Source: a virus
Reading direction: 5' to 3' (one strand)
Length of the DNA: 64,000 bases
Virus record (IMG/VR): IMGVR_UViG_3300021197_001752
Location: 64,001-128,000 of that record
The position numbers were made by a program, and so were the translations under genes. The stretch's first letter is position 1. Every line of letters starts with the position of its first letter. Below are positions 47,013 through 56,954 of the stretch, in pieces. Under the pieces are notes generated by a model that was not told where the DNA came from, did not search any database, and worked only from the letters and a program-made list of their open reading frames with translations.

Positions 47013-48032
47013 CTACTCCCCACGTTCTTTCGGATAGGACAAGCCTACCTTTTTTGGATTATTATCATTGAACAACTTGTATAGTTGTTTTGTTTCTTTC
47101 TTTGTTCTGCCTAAGATAAAACAGTACTTGTGCTTCGGTGGCACGACACGCCACTCACAGCTTTCTCGGTACTGTTTCTCTTTGGCTTTGAGCTTGTCTT
47201 TCAAGCCAGGGGTAGTAACTTCCATTTCTTTCCATTTGGGAGTATACTTACCCATGTATTTCTTCCATTCGCTAGCACCTATGCCTAATGACTCAGCATA
47301 GCGTTTATATTTAGATTTCTTGCGAAAATCTCTATCACTAAACCAACCTCGGGCTTTGTCCTTAGGATCACGATATACTTTCGCTGTGCCCGACGTTTGA
47401 CCAAGGTAGGTCCAGTTGAGTGCCTGGTAGATTGTCCCTAACTCTTTAGCAAGAGGATCACTGTAGGCTTCAAACGCTCTGAACCTTGTGTTCTGAACCA
47501 TCCACTTACACGATCTGGATACAATCCAAGATCCCAAATTCTTAGGAGCCCAACTGATAGACGCACCTCGTGATACTAGCTTGACCATGTTCTTGTTATC
47601 TTTACCGATCAGGTGGCTGAAGGTATTAGGAACTGCCATAACCACAACGCCTGCTAACTCGCCTGTCTTTTTCATCCTAGCTGTGAACCTGTGGGTTGGT
47701 CGATTAGGGAGACAACCTAGGAACTCGTGGCGAATAATAAAGTCTCTGACCTCATCGCATTGTTCTTTGTACTTCTTGACGTCGGCTCTGTATTCCTTAT
47801 GTTTCTTCTTATACACTTTTTCAGTATAACAATGTGGCAGCATCAGCTTAGCGGGTTCCGCAACAGCCACAAAGTCAAAGTCAGTAGTGCGTAGAGACTC
47901 AGCCCATGCCAAGTCCTTACCTATCTCTTGTAGGTCTTCTTGCATGTTGCGAAGCCTAACTTCGTATTGCCAACAATGCTCTGCTTCTAAATCTTTGAAT
48001 CGCTCAAAGGGGTCAGCTTTCTTAGCTTTCAC
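47013..48032 (-). CDS. Mom-like (GNAT-fold) DNA modification protein
   Basis: FII.HE.LG, AYSDP...GTIYQALNWTYLG, KHKY. Confidence 0.7.
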   Translation of the reverse strand: MKAKKADPFERFKDLEAEHCWQYEVRLRNMQEDLQEIGKDLAWAESLRTTDFDFVAVAEPAKLMLPHCYTEKVYKKKHKEYRADVKKYKEQCDEVRDFIIRHEFLGCLPNRPTHRFTARMKKTGELAGVVVMAVPNTFSHLIGKDNKNMVKLVSRGASISWAPKNLGSWIVSRSCKWMVQNTRFRAFEAYSDPLAKELGTIYQALNWTYLGQTSGTAKVYRDPKDKARGWFSDRDFRKKSKYKRYAESLGIGASEWKKYMGKYTPKWKEMEVTTPGLKDKLKAKEKQYRESCEWRVVPPKHKYCFILGRTKKETKQLYKLFNDNNPKKVGLSYPKERGE

Positions 48033-48045
48033 CGAGCCTCACTTT

Positions 48046-50037
48046 CTATGGGATCTTAATTGTCATCTTACCTTTGTTGCCAGTAGCAAAGTAGTTCTTG
48101 CCACCGTCAACTCGGATCTCGCCATCAAACTTAGCTGGGTAGATAATATCTAATGGTCCCGACTTTATGCCTGTATCACCCTCTGCCACATAAGCTCCCC
48201 TCTTTGCGTAGATCTGTACTAAAGGTAATCTATTATACATCGCTTTAGCAAAGTTTGTAAAGATCTTTTCTCCATTTTTATCTTGCGCATTATTGACTGT
48301 CTGTTGTGCAAGTTTTGCCATGCCAGCAATAATATGGAGCGCCTCGCTATAATCAGACTTGCCTGTGTTGGGATTGAAGAGTGCCTTGAACTTATCAAGT
48401 TTGGCTTTTATATTTTTGTCTGCTACTGGTGCCATCTCTCTAGGCCATCTCTTAGCTTTTTCAGCCTTCATCAACTCTCTAATTTGGTTGTACTGATCCC
48501 CTGTCAGATTGTAGTCGCCTGCTATTTCAACATGCATCCGTATAACTAAATCCCACCAACTATATCTTTTGTCAGCCATCATATCCACAATGCCTGGGTC
48601 TTCTGTATTGCCAGTGTATAAGTTTATCCCTGAAGGGTTGCCTGGTCCATACAATTCTATTAGCTGCTGCTTCTCTTCCTGCTCTATATCCGCCAACTCT
48701 GCATAGAGTTCTGCCACGCTTGGGTTAGCACCTTTCCCAGCCTTTGAACTAACCATGATATCTTGCTTATCACCAAAGTGAACATAGCTATCTTTTAGCT
48801 TTTCGTTCTTAGACATGGGCCATGATACACCGTCGCTCTCAGTCCAGTTGTTAACGCCTCGTGGCTTGAGTAAATTCTCTAGGGCACTGTCGAGTACAGC
48901 GTCGTTACCCAAGTATGTCTTGTTGCCTGCGGCTAAGAATATTGGACCTGTGACTTCGCTTAGGTATTTGAAAATTGATGGTAAGTACTGATCTCTGTTT
49001 TCCTCTGACTCGAATTGCAGAACAGGTAAGGCTTGCCCAGCCACTGCTGCTTTGAGATAAGCAGGAAGACTTCTTGCTAAAGCGGTGTCTATCTTGCTCA
49101 ACACGGACTCATCAAGTGAGCCTGGAACTGAATCAAGAGCCATCTTTTGATCACGGCTGCCGCCCAGTAAACTAGGACCTACCTCTTGAATCTCTTTGCC
49201 AGCCTGTGTGGTCTTAGAGCCGAAGCCTGTCTGTTGTCGAAATTGTGTTTGCTGCCATGGTGGTCCTGGGCTTGTCTGCCCGCTGCCATATTTTATAAAA
49301 GCGTACACCTCTTTTCCCAGAGCCTTTCCTTTATCTGCCTTAGCAAAGAGAATCTGGACTGACTTAACTCTGGAGGGTAATTTATCCTCTTGCCCTTCGG
49401 CGCTGTTATACAGGACAAGCTTACTGAGCTTGCTGTTAGACAGGGCTGACTTCAAGTCGTTGGGGGTGGGAATTTTATTTTGCTTGGCTATAAGTTGATA
49501 AACAGCTAGAGCGAGTTGCGCTTGATTTGTTATTGTTTCGGGCTCGCCTATCTTAATAAACTGTTGCCCGACTGTCTCAATCGCTTGACCTTCCTTGTTG
49601 GTAAGCTTAAGTCCAACGGTGTCTGGGTGCATCACACCCCTGCCTTCTTGAATAATCTCGTTAATACATTGCTCTATGAGAAATTCTAGCCCCATCTCTA
49701 TGGTTCTTGTTTGCGTCTCTCTCATGCTATGTTGGGTATCTTTTATCCCAGCCATCAGAGTGGGGCAAGTTTGACGTAGGTCATCTACCATATCAGGGCA
49801 GTCACAATTATTATGACCAAACTCAACATAATCATCGATACTGTCGGCTTGCTCAGGGCTGACAAATAACCCCATAGTAAATATATAACGCTGCTTATCG
49901 TTCATGGCGTCAAAGTCTCGATCGTAATTATATCCATTGACGTTTAGTCGCTGGTTCAATTGGTTGATCTTATTCTTGTATTCCATCGCCACGTTAGGAT
50001 CTGACGCTAGAGATTGGTAGGGATTGTGCCCTGGCAT
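48046..50037 (-). CDS. Large hypothetical protein, possible nuclease-like domain
   Basis: 663-aa ORF; WP..NE.L.DS...VSSK motif; internal INEIIQE segment. Confidence 0.6.
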   Translation of the reverse strand: MPGHNPYQSLASDPNVAMEYKNKINQLNQRLNVNGYNYDRDFDAMNDKQRYIFTMGLFVSPEQADSIDDYVEFGHNNCDCPDMVDDLRQTCPTLMAGIKDTQHSMRETQTRTIEMGLEFLIEQCINEIIQEGRGVMHPDTVGLKLTNKEGQAIETVGQQFIKIGEPETITNQAQLALAVYQLIAKQNKIPTPNDLKSALSNSKLSKLVLYNSAEGQEDKLPSRVKSVQILFAKADKGKALGKEVYAFIKYGSGQTSPGPPWQQTQFRQQTGFGSKTTQAGKEIQEVGPSLLGGSRDQKMALDSVPGSLDESVLSKIDTALARSLPAYLKAAVAGQALPVLQFESEENRDQYLPSIFKYLSEVTGPIFLAAGNKTYLGNDAVLDSALENLLKPRGVNNWTESDGVSWPMSKNEKLKDSYVHFGDKQDIMVSSKAGKGANPSVAELYAELADIEQEEKQQLIELYGPGNPSGINLYTGNTEDPGIVDMMADKRYSWWDLVIRMHVEIAGDYNLTGDQYNQIRELMKAEKAKRWPREMAPVADKNIKAKLDKFKALFNPNTGKSDYSEALHIIAGMAKLAQQTVNNAQDKNGEKIFTNFAKAMYNRLPLVQIYAKRGAYVAEGDTGIKSGPLDIIYPAKFDGEIRVDGGKNYFATGNKGKMTIKIP

Positions 50038-50038
50038 G

Positions 50039-50323
50039 TTATTCTCCGCTTAAGGCTGCTAATATTTCCTGTCGGATCATAGCTTCAAGTTCCAAACTTT
50101 CGTTCTTCTCTTCTTCTTCCTCATCGGCGTCACCGCCTTCTTTATCAATGATAGCTTTCTGAAGACCGTCGGGTAACTCGTCTTGATCACCCTTGAGTTT
50201 AGGATTATCGTCATACTTCTTAGTTGATTTTTCTTCTAAGCCCTGGCTCTCTTCATCGAGCTTCTGCTGCTCCTCTTTGATGATTTCCTTAAGCCTAGCC
50301 TTAGTAATTTGAAATGTGTTCAT
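50039..50323 (-). CDS. Acidic protein with ITKARLKEIIKEE leader
   Basis: Shares leader with the 55-58 kb array; late motif at 50348. Confidence 0.7.
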   Translation of the reverse strand: MNTFQITKARLKEIIKEEQQKLDEESQGLEEKSTKKYDDNPKLKGDQDELPDGLQKAIIDKEGGDADEEEEEKNESLELEAMIRQEILAALSGE

Positions 50324-50358
50324 GGTAAAAAAGTACTCCTCAATGTATAAATAGTTTT

Positions 50359-50970
50359 CTAACTGGCAAAATCCCGCTCTTCAAACAGAGTATAGGTAAA
50401 TGAATTACCAAATGCTTTAGCCGAGTTGTTGCAAATCTCAATAAATGTATTATAATCATCCACCTTTTGGAACACCTGGCAGCCAGCCGACCACCTCTCA
50501 ACTAAGTAAGATTGTGTCCTAGGGTTGCTCCTATGAATGTTGATTCCGAATAGGCCTTCTTGTGTTTCTTCGCAGCCATAATCCAAGATGTCATCCTTGT
50601 TGTTATCTCGCCAAACACGAACTGGCTTTCTCTGGCATAGAGCTTCGTATTTACCCTGGTGCTTAGCTAGCTTCCAAGTCGAACGATATTGACCTGGGAT
50701 GAGAATAGCTGTGCCCTTTGGGCTCAATGGGTTTTCTAACCAGTGCTTGCCTGGGTCTGTAGTCGCACTCCAGACATGGTGTCTCCACTCTCCATTCTCT
50801 CGGTAGACGGCACAGATGTAGTCATCGAAACGATTACTCTCTGGGTTGTCTACTCTGACTCCAAAGATATTGACATTATAATCTTTATTGCCGTCAAAAA
50901 ACATATAGCCTTTTTTCTCGTAAGCAGCAACGACCGCATCTTTGTCAGCAATAATTTCTTCTAAGTTCAT
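50359..50970 (-). CDS. Putative peptidoglycan-active protein (L,D-transpeptidase-like His/Cys motif)
   Basis: NIFGVR, FDD, TTDPG, PGQY, GINIH...WSAGCQV. Confidence 0.6.
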   Translation of the reverse strand: MNLEEIIADKDAVVAAYEKKGYMFFDGNKDYNVNIFGVRVDNPESNRFDDYICAVYRENGEWRHHVWSATTDPGKHWLENPLSPKGTAILIPGQYRSTWKLAKHQGKYEALCQRKPVRVWRDNNKDDILDYGCEETQEGLFGINIHRSNPRTQSYLVERWSAGCQVFQKVDDYNTFIEICNNSAKAFGNSFTYTLFEERDFAS

Positions 50971-50986
50971 CACTTCTATCTCCTGC

Positions 50987-51739
50987 TTATTCTGGGACAT
51001 CCCAGAAAGACTGGTCGAGGATTCTGTCGGCAATACCATACTCAATAGCTTGTTTAGCATTAATATAAACATTTGTTTTCCGCTCCATCATCTTCTTGAT
51101 CATTCTCTTATTCATGTTGGTGACACTAGCTAAAGCCTCTACGTATTGATCTTGTAACCACTTTGTTTCTTCATACTCAGTTTCAAGCTCGTGCATAGCA
51201 CCATGGTGACCTGCTCGTAGAGAATGGATCATCACTCTGGTATTCTTGCCAATGAACCTACAGCCTTCCGCACCTGATGCTAACAGTAGAACACCTGCTG
51301 ACATAACCTTGCCGAGCCCTACTGTTTCGATAGGCGTTGATGATCTCATCGATAACATCAAATCATGGATACCAAACATGTCGGCAGCGTTACCGCCAAA
51401 GGTTGAAATATAAAACTGCATTGGCTTGACTGCCATGTACTGTTTTGTTTTTTCTGTATTTATTAGAACAAGACTATTGTTGTAGTTGTGATAAATCAAT
51501 GCTGAGATAATAGCAGATGCTGACTCCTCATCAAGATTACCACAAAAGTTAATTGCTCGTGGAGTACGTTTCTCGGTGGGCACCTCAACCAAGGTTGGCA
51601 CCACTTCTCTTATCTCGTCTTCGGTCATGTCTTCAATAGAGACAACCTCTAAAGCAATGTCAAGGTCAGCTTCGGTTTCTGGTACCAGAACCTCGACCTC
51701 TTCTTTGCTACTCTTCCTCTTCGTCTTCTTCGTTGGCAT
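50987..51739 (-). CDS. clpP: ClpP protease subunit
   Basis: YISTFGG, G.VMSAG, RVMIH, A.QAIEYGIAD; position of the catalytic Asp reads ERKTNVY. Confidence 0.9.
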   Translation of the reverse strand: MPTKKTKRKSSKEEVEVLVPETEADLDIALEVVSIEDMTEDEIREVVPTLVEVPTEKRTPRAINFCGNLDEESASAIISALIYHNYNNSLVLINTEKTKQYMAVKPMQFYISTFGGNAADMFGIHDLMLSMRSSTPIETVGLGKVMSAGVLLLASGAEGCRFIGKNTRVMIHSLRAGHHGAMHELETEYEETKWLQDQYVEALASVTNMNKRMIKKMMERKTNVYINAKQAIEYGIADRILDQSFWDVPE

Positions 51740-52091
51740 AAGTATTTCTTCCTTCTTCGGGTAATAGGTCTTTCATAAGATCGCTTTGCCTAAATTGGCT
51801 AGCGTACTTACTGTATATAGATTGCTCCTGGCGTGTAAAGTATACCTTATCTTCACCAGTTTGTTCATCAAATTCAAATCTAAATTCAAGTTGATCATCT
51901 CGATACTCGATCAATGCTTGAATATATTGGGTTAGATCCCCTACTTGCATAGCACCTTTCTCAATCTGGTCATATGCAAAGTTGAGTACTCTGCTGGCAA
52001 CAAAAAGCTTTTCAGCAGAGACTACCTTATCATCGTCACTAACTTTAGTAAACTTTAGCAGCGTTAGAATATCTTTTACTCTCGCTCTCAT
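51708..52091 (-). CDS. Hypothetical protein
   Basis: AGGA RBS. Confidence 0.6.
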   Translation of the reverse strand: MRARVKDILTLLKFTKVSDDDKVVSAEKLFVASRVLNFAYDQIEKGAMQVGDLTQYIQALIEYRDDQLEFRFEFDEQTGEDKVYFTRQEQSIYSKYASQFRQSDLMKDLLPEEGRNTYANEEDEEEE

Positions 52092-52117
52092 AACTTCCTA
52101 ATTCTTTAGGGCTAAAT

Positions 52118-52156
52118 AAAAAAAGATGTAGACCAAGTTGCCCTGGCCTACATCTT
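52118..52156 (-). terminator. Intrinsic terminator
   Basis: AAGATGTAGGCCA...TGGTCTACATCTT followed by T-run. Confidence 0.85.
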
Positions 52157-52187
52157 ACTTTATAAATGACAAAGTGTAAAGCTTTCT

Positions 52188-52772
52188 TTACTTCTTGTTA
52201 AGGATGCGCTCAAGAACTCTCTTGAGTACGGCTTCTGTTAAAGCCTCTTCATCTACAACCTCTACGACGGTATCGTCTTTGCGGTTATAGTGATCGCCCA
52301 TGCCATGATCCATTGCTGGATCTGCCATTGCTGGGTCTTCGTGTGCCATGGCAGCATCCCCTTCATCACCAGCTTCCATTTCTGGCATTGGTGACTCTTC
52401 CCCTTCATCATCTTCCTCAGTCTCAACACCGAATGGCTCAAGAGCTTTTAAGATAGCTTGGACAACATCCATGCCGTCGGCATCGGATGCTCCGTCCTCT
52501 TCCATCTCGACTTCCATATCACCTTCTTCCTCGCCCTCTTCGTGAGCCTCTTCTTCGATGGCGTTTTCCCCAGTAGCGGCTTCCAATTCGGTTACCGTTT
52601 CTGTTTCGGTCTCATCTTCATCAGTTTCGTCTGTCTTGGAGTTCTCCGTGACAGTCTCCTCTGTTACTTCTTCTTCTTCTGTGAAGAATGTTTCGCTGAT
52701 GACGCTAACGTCAGCTAACTTAGCCCATCTGCGGATGGTCTGTTCATTTAGTAGTTTATCTTGCTTTGTCAT
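52188..52772 (-). CDS. Highly acidic protein (scaffold/internal-head-like)
   Basis: LLNEQTIRRWAKLA N-terminus, E/D-rich; AAGGAG RBS, late motif at 52830, own terminator. Confidence 0.65.
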   Translation of the reverse strand: MTKQDKLLNEQTIRRWAKLADVSVISETFFTEEEEVTEETVTENSKTDETDEDETETETVTELEAATGENAIEEEAHEEGEEEGDMEVEMEEDGASDADGMDVVQAILKALEPFGVETEEDDEGEESPMPEMEAGDEGDAAMAHEDPAMADPAMDHGMGDHYNRKDDTVVEVVDEEALTEAVLKRVLERILNKK

Positions 52773-52850
52773 TTATTCAACTCCTTAAAAATCAGATATA
52801 CTTAGATGACGTCATTCGTCAACTGTTAGTAAATAGTTGTGTAAAAAGTA

Positions 52851-53117
52851 TTATTCCTCCATGAAATCAAAAAGTCCTCTTTTACCTGCTTTTTCCATCG
52901 CTTTATCTTGAATTTGTTTGACTCTAGGGAAGCTAATCTGCAATCGATCTGCCACATCTCGCAAGCTAAGACCACCTGGATTTTTATTCGCACAAACGAC
53001 AGAGCAGTTGCTATCACCCTCATAATCAATCCAGTGCCTACACTCTTGCTTATCACAAGATTTACTGAGCCTGTCAAAGAAGTCAAAGCAAATGCTACCG
53101 TTTTCTAATTTATACAA
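52851..53117 (-). CDS. Cys-rich Zn-binding + sigma70 region-4-like HTH protein
   Basis: C...C..ECRHW...NC..C; LSLRDVADRLQISFPRVKQIQDKAM. Confidence 0.75.
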   Translation of the reverse strand: MYKLENGSICFDFFDRLSKSCDKQECRHWIDYEGDSNCSVVCANKNPGGLSLRDVADRLQISFPRVKQIQDKAMEKAGKRGLFDFMEE

Positions 53118-53118
53118 T

Positions 53119-54165
53119 TTATTTTCTCCGACCGTTTTGTGCAGTCATGATATGTGTTCCACTTTCCATTAGTCCAGCAGAAGTTTGACGGGCCCATTCT
53201 ACTTTGTGTTGCAACTCGGCAACAGTGCGTGCACCAGAGTAAGATAAGCCACTCCTGATGCCACCGTCAAGATCCTTAAGAATGTCAACAGCACTACCCT
53301 TGAATGGGATATAAGAAGCAACACCCTCTGGCGTGGATGATTTGCTGCGCCAGTCCATCTGGGCATCCTTAGAAGCCATGCCACGGTATTCCTTCACTCG
53401 ACTATTATCAGGCAGAGTAATAATATCCCCTGGACTTTCCGTGGTGCCCGCTAACATAGAGCCACACATCACAAAGTCAGCGCCTGCGGCTAAAGCCTTG
53501 ACCATATCGCCAGAGTTCTTGAGTCCACCGTCAGCGATGATGGCAACGTCTCTATCAGTTCTAGCACAATCAAAAATAGTTTGTAGTCCTGGGAGTCCAT
53601 GACCAGTCACTAACCGAGTGCTACAGATGGAGCCGCCGCCAATGTTGCAGCGAACTGCATTAGCGCCCCAGTCGGCTAAGTCGTTGATGCCCTCAAGCGT
53701 GCAGACATTGCCTGCTATGATATAAACATGATTTCCATATTCTTCCCGCAGAGTCGTAAGAGCATTCTTCATCAGGGAGTGGTGACCGTGGGCTACGTCT
53801 ACACAAAGGATATCTACCCCAGAAGCGATTAGAGCTTCTGAGCGTTCTAGGTAATCTCCCGTCACACCAATCGCAGCAGCGAGTTTCTTCTCGACCCATT
53901 CAATAGAGTTGGCTGCTTCGATCGCCATCTTCTGCTGCTCTGCAATAGAGTTATAACGATGGAGCACAGCTAAGCCACCAGCCTTACTCATGGTAACCGC
54001 CATCTGTGCTTCAGACACTGTGTCCATTGGCGATGCTATGATAGGCAGAGTGAACTCCCTGTGTCCTAGGTAGCTCGTTGCATCCACCTCGCTTCTGCTT
54101 TCGATGTCGCTATATTGCGGCACGATTAGCATGTCGTCATAAGTGACAGCTTCTTTAAACTTCAC
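53119..54165 (-). CDS. IMP dehydrogenase / GMP reductase family (no CBS domains)
   Basis: [39 protein letters not shown]. Confidence 0.92.
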   Translation of the reverse strand: MKFKEAVTYDDMLIVPQYSDIESRSEVDATSYLGHREFTLPIIASPMDTVSEAQMAVTMSKAGGLAVLHRYNSIAEQQKMAIEAANSIEWVEKKLAAAIGVTGDYLERSEALIASGVDILCVDVAHGHHSLMKNALTTLREEYGNHVYIIAGNVCTLEGINDLADWGANAVRCNIGGGSICSTRLVTGHGLPGLQTIFDCARTDRDVAIIADGGLKNSGDMVKALAAGADFVMCGSMLAGTTESPGDIITLPDNSRVKEYRGMASKDAQMDWRSKSSTPEGVASYIPFKGSAVDILKDLDGGIRSGLSYSGARTVAELQHKVEWARQTSAGLMESGTHIMTAQNGRRK

Positions 54166-54433
54166 CTTCTTCTCCTACTAGTTGATTAACTTTATCTTGG
54201 CATTCTGGGCAGAACAAGCGAACCATTTCGTTCTTAGCTCTAACCACGACTTTCCAACTCATGTGTGCCTCCCTTGTCTTAGGAAATTCTATACTACAAG
54301 TAGAACATGTTTTGGGTAGTTTGTCAAACAAATTAATTTGTTTTTGCATACGTTGCTGGGCTTCGTCTGACGCCTGCTTTTGTTTTTTGGTTTTAGCCTT
54401 ACGCTTAAGGCGCTTCTTCTGCTTCTTGTCCAT
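54155..54433 (-). CDS. Basic zinc-finger protein
   Basis: CSTC...FCPEC. Confidence 0.65.
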   Translation of the reverse strand: MDKKQKKRLKRKAKTKKQKQASDEAQQRMQKQINLFDKLPKTCSTCSIEFPKTREAHMSWKVVVRAKNEMVRLFCPECQDKVNQLVGEEGEV

Positions 54434-54487
54434 TGCATCCCCTTCTCTATAAGGATACCATACCTACACTATTTGTAAAGGATTTAT

Positions 54488-55405
54488 TTATTCTTCTTCT
54501 GAAGATTCTTCTGAAGGTGCATCACCTGAAGTGTCCTTAGCAGCAAGCTGTACGTTCATCCAAGATTGACCCAATGGGTTTTCAACTGGGGCTTCGGCGA
54601 ATCTCTGCACTGATCTTGTCGATTCCTTGGTTGGTGGTACTGGCTCGTTGTTGACAACGATTGTAAAGTTATTGGCACCAAATAACTCTTGATAGTTTTC
54701 TTTATTGTCCTGAACTTGTTGCCACATCTTCTCTACTTCTTCAGGGTCTAGCTTTCTTTCTCTCTTGGCATTTTGTTTTAGTGCACGTTCAAGCGAGGTG
54801 TCCACAAAGATCATGTAGGTGTCGTAGCCAAGATCAATTAGGCGTTGGCGCTTTTTCACCATCTTGCTATAATCTTTACCAGTGCCGTCAATCAGCATCC
54901 CCAGGCGACCTGCGGCATAATAGCCCTGAAGCTTTGCTAACTTACCTTTAGCGACGGCTCGGGTAGAATCGCTTCGGTCGCCCAATAGGCCGATCTGGGC
55001 TGCAAGTTCTGCTGCATCCTGACCTTTATACTCGCCTGCTTCTTTAGCAAGCTGAGAGATGGCACCCAAGTCAGCAAGTGGGATACCCATCTTCTTTAGC
55101 CCGATCTCGAATAGGTTATCACTGTTAACATATTTAAGCCCATAGCGACCCACGAAAGAAGAAGCGTCGAAGGTCTTAGCCTGACCAGCTTCTCGGGCAT
55201 CAAACATTACATCAGCCACATAAGACTTGCCACTGCCTGGTCCGCCCGCCGTAAATACAGCTTTGAGAATGCCCTTATCGTAGACACCCTCATCCAGTAG
55301 TTCTTCGTTGACTACCCCAGGATGATCAAGTAAATAACTTTGACGCTCCTGTAGCATCTCGCCCTGTGCTTCTTTGATTAGTTGCTTAAGTTGTTTGATA
55401 TCCAT
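54488..55405 (-). CDS. P-loop kinase (AAA_33/zeta-toxin-like) with IKQLKQLIKE leader
   Basis: GGPGSGKS, VNSD, IDGTG, ALKQNAKRER. Confidence 0.85.
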   Translation of the reverse strand: MDIKQLKQLIKEAQGEMLQERQSYLLDHPGVVNEELLDEGVYDKGILKAVFTAGGPGSGKSYVADVMFDAREAGQAKTFDASSFVGRYGLKYVNSDNLFEIGLKKMGIPLADLGAISQLAKEAGEYKGQDAAELAAQIGLLGDRSDSTRAVAKGKLAKLQGYYAAGRLGMLIDGTGKDYSKMVKKRQRLIDLGYDTYMIFVDTSLERALKQNAKRERKLDPEEVEKMWQQVQDNKENYQELFGANNFTIVVNNEPVPPTKESTRSVQRFAEAPVENPLGQSWMNVQLAAKDTSGDAPSEESSEEE

Positions 55406-55410
55406 GCTAC

Positions 55411-56337
55411 TTATTTACTTCCCATTTCTAACAAGACATTCCTAAATTCTTCTTGAATGATTTTGTTTAGAGCACTGTTTGTCATTTTGATATGACGTTG
55501 CTTGCTTTCGCCAAATGGTAGCTCGCCCTGACCTTCTGGCTCGGCTGCCAAACCTTTGGTCTGACTCTTATAAAGGCTGCCGCCTTGCGCCAATAGATTC
55601 AACACACCCTTTACGCTGCCGATGTTTCCATGACCACCTCTTAGTTTCTTGAGGGCATCATATTTCTCGTCTTCGAGCTTATCATCACCAAAGGGGAACT
55701 GTACACTAAGGTTGAATGCGGTTTTAGATGTGTCGCCTCGGTTTGGAATAGCCTTGAGTTCTATCTCAATATGCTCTGGGTAGAATATATCATACCTCAA
55801 AACACCTGTGGTGATTGACTCTATGTGAGCAATTGGCTTGTTCTTCATATCTGGAATAATATTTGCCAGCACTTTAGCTAAGTGATCTTCATACTCTACA
55901 GCAGCTTTGACCAATGCATCATAAAGGTCGTTGTCTCTACCACGATCTAGCAAGCCAGCGTGGATGGCCTTGTTCGTCGCCGCCAGGTTCATCTCGCCTT
56001 GGGTTTCTTCTGCTAGCTCTTGTCTAATAATATTTTGTAGTTGTTGTTTTGTGATTTTCATTTTATTCTCCCTTTCATCTAGACCGCCATACATTGTGAC
56101 TATCTGTACCGCAGCCTTGTTTACGAGGTCAAAAGGTATCTTATCAAATCTACTCTGGAGATTTTTGATAGTGTATTGTATCTTTTCTTCTTTGTTGTTG
56201 CCTTTGGTAAACTTCTTAATTTTGTCAACACCACCAAATTGCTTAATATAAACGTCAACCATTTTCTGCACGTCCGCTTCGTCGGTGCTGAGCGCCTCTC
56301 TAATCATTTGACGTATTTGATCTTTGGTAATCTTCAT
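55411..56337 (-). CDS. MKITK-leader protein with three leader copies
   Basis: MKITKDQIRQMIRE, internal MKITKQQLQNIIRQE, C-terminal IKMTNSALNKIIQEE. Confidence 0.75.
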   Translation of the reverse strand: MKITKDQIRQMIREALSTDEADVQKMVDVYIKQFGGVDKIKKFTKGNNKEEKIQYTIKNLQSRFDKIPFDLVNKAAVQIVTMYGGLDERENKMKITKQQLQNIIRQELAEETQGEMNLAATNKAIHAGLLDRGRDNDLYDALVKAAVEYEDHLAKVLANIIPDMKNKPIAHIESITTGVLRYDIFYPEHIEIELKAIPNRGDTSKTAFNLSVQFPFGDDKLEDEKYDALKKLRGGHGNIGSVKGVLNLLAQGGSLYKSQTKGLAAEPEGQGELPFGESKQRHIKMTNSALNKIIQEEFRNVLLEMGSK

Positions 56338-56341
56338 TTTG

Positions 56342-56515
56342 CTATCCTTCGCTATCTACCAGTCTGTCTAGGATAGCTTGCAGTCTTTCATATTGGGACT
56401 TATGTGCCTGCACGGCTTTCTTAAGCTCTGCTATAACATCATTCATCGTGTCTTTGTCACTATCTGAGATTTCTTCCCTAATAATCTTTCTTAGCTCGCC
56501 TTTGCTAATCTTCAT
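56342..56515 (-). CDS. MKITK-leader protein, 57 aa (not in ORF track)
   Basis: Hand translation MKISKGELRKIIREEISDSDK...; TAATG coupling. Confidence 0.75.
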   Translation of the reverse strand: MKISKGELRKIIREEISDSDKDTMNDVIAELKKAVQAHKSQYERLQAILDRLVDSEG

Positions 56516-56763
56516 TAGTTCTTGCCGTCTTCATTTGCTATTGCTTGCATTATCATACGCAGTGAATCGGCGTCCTCCTGAAGCGGGTGATAATCGCCTT
56601 CTTGGTTTTCAATATACTCCGTAAGAGCATTATAGCCGTCTTCCAGAAGATCAAGGGCTCTGGCGAGAGGACCGCCGTAGGAGTCATAAGGGGCATCACC
56701 CTCAAACTCTTTGAGTAACTCTTCTTTAATAATCTTTTGTAGTTCTTGTTTGGTGATTTTCAT
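56515..56763 (-). CDS. MKITK-leader protein
   Basis: MKITKQELQKIIKEE. Confidence 0.75.
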   Translation of the reverse strand: MKITKQELQKIIKEELLKEFEGDAPYDSYGGPLARALDLLEDGYNALTEYIENQEGDYHPLQEDADSLRMIMQAIANEDGKN

Positions 56764-56951
56764 TTTCTATCTGCTCCCCTGGATAAGGTGTTTAGAGCAT
56801 TATAAATTTCTTTCATCCGAGAATCCTCAAAACTAAGTTCGTTACTTGTGTCATCCACAATGTCTTGTAAAGCGCCCTGTGCGCTGGCTAGCACCTGTGA
56901 AGTATACGCTTCTTTGATTATGCTTCGTAGCTCTTCTTTAGTGATTTTCAT
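56760..56951 (-). CDS. MKITK-leader protein
   Basis: MKITKEELRSIIKEA. Confidence 0.75.
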   Translation of the reverse strand: MKITKEELRSIIKEAYTSQVLASAQGALQDIVDDTSNELSFEDSRMKEIYNALNTLSRGADRK

Positions 56952-56954
56952 TTC

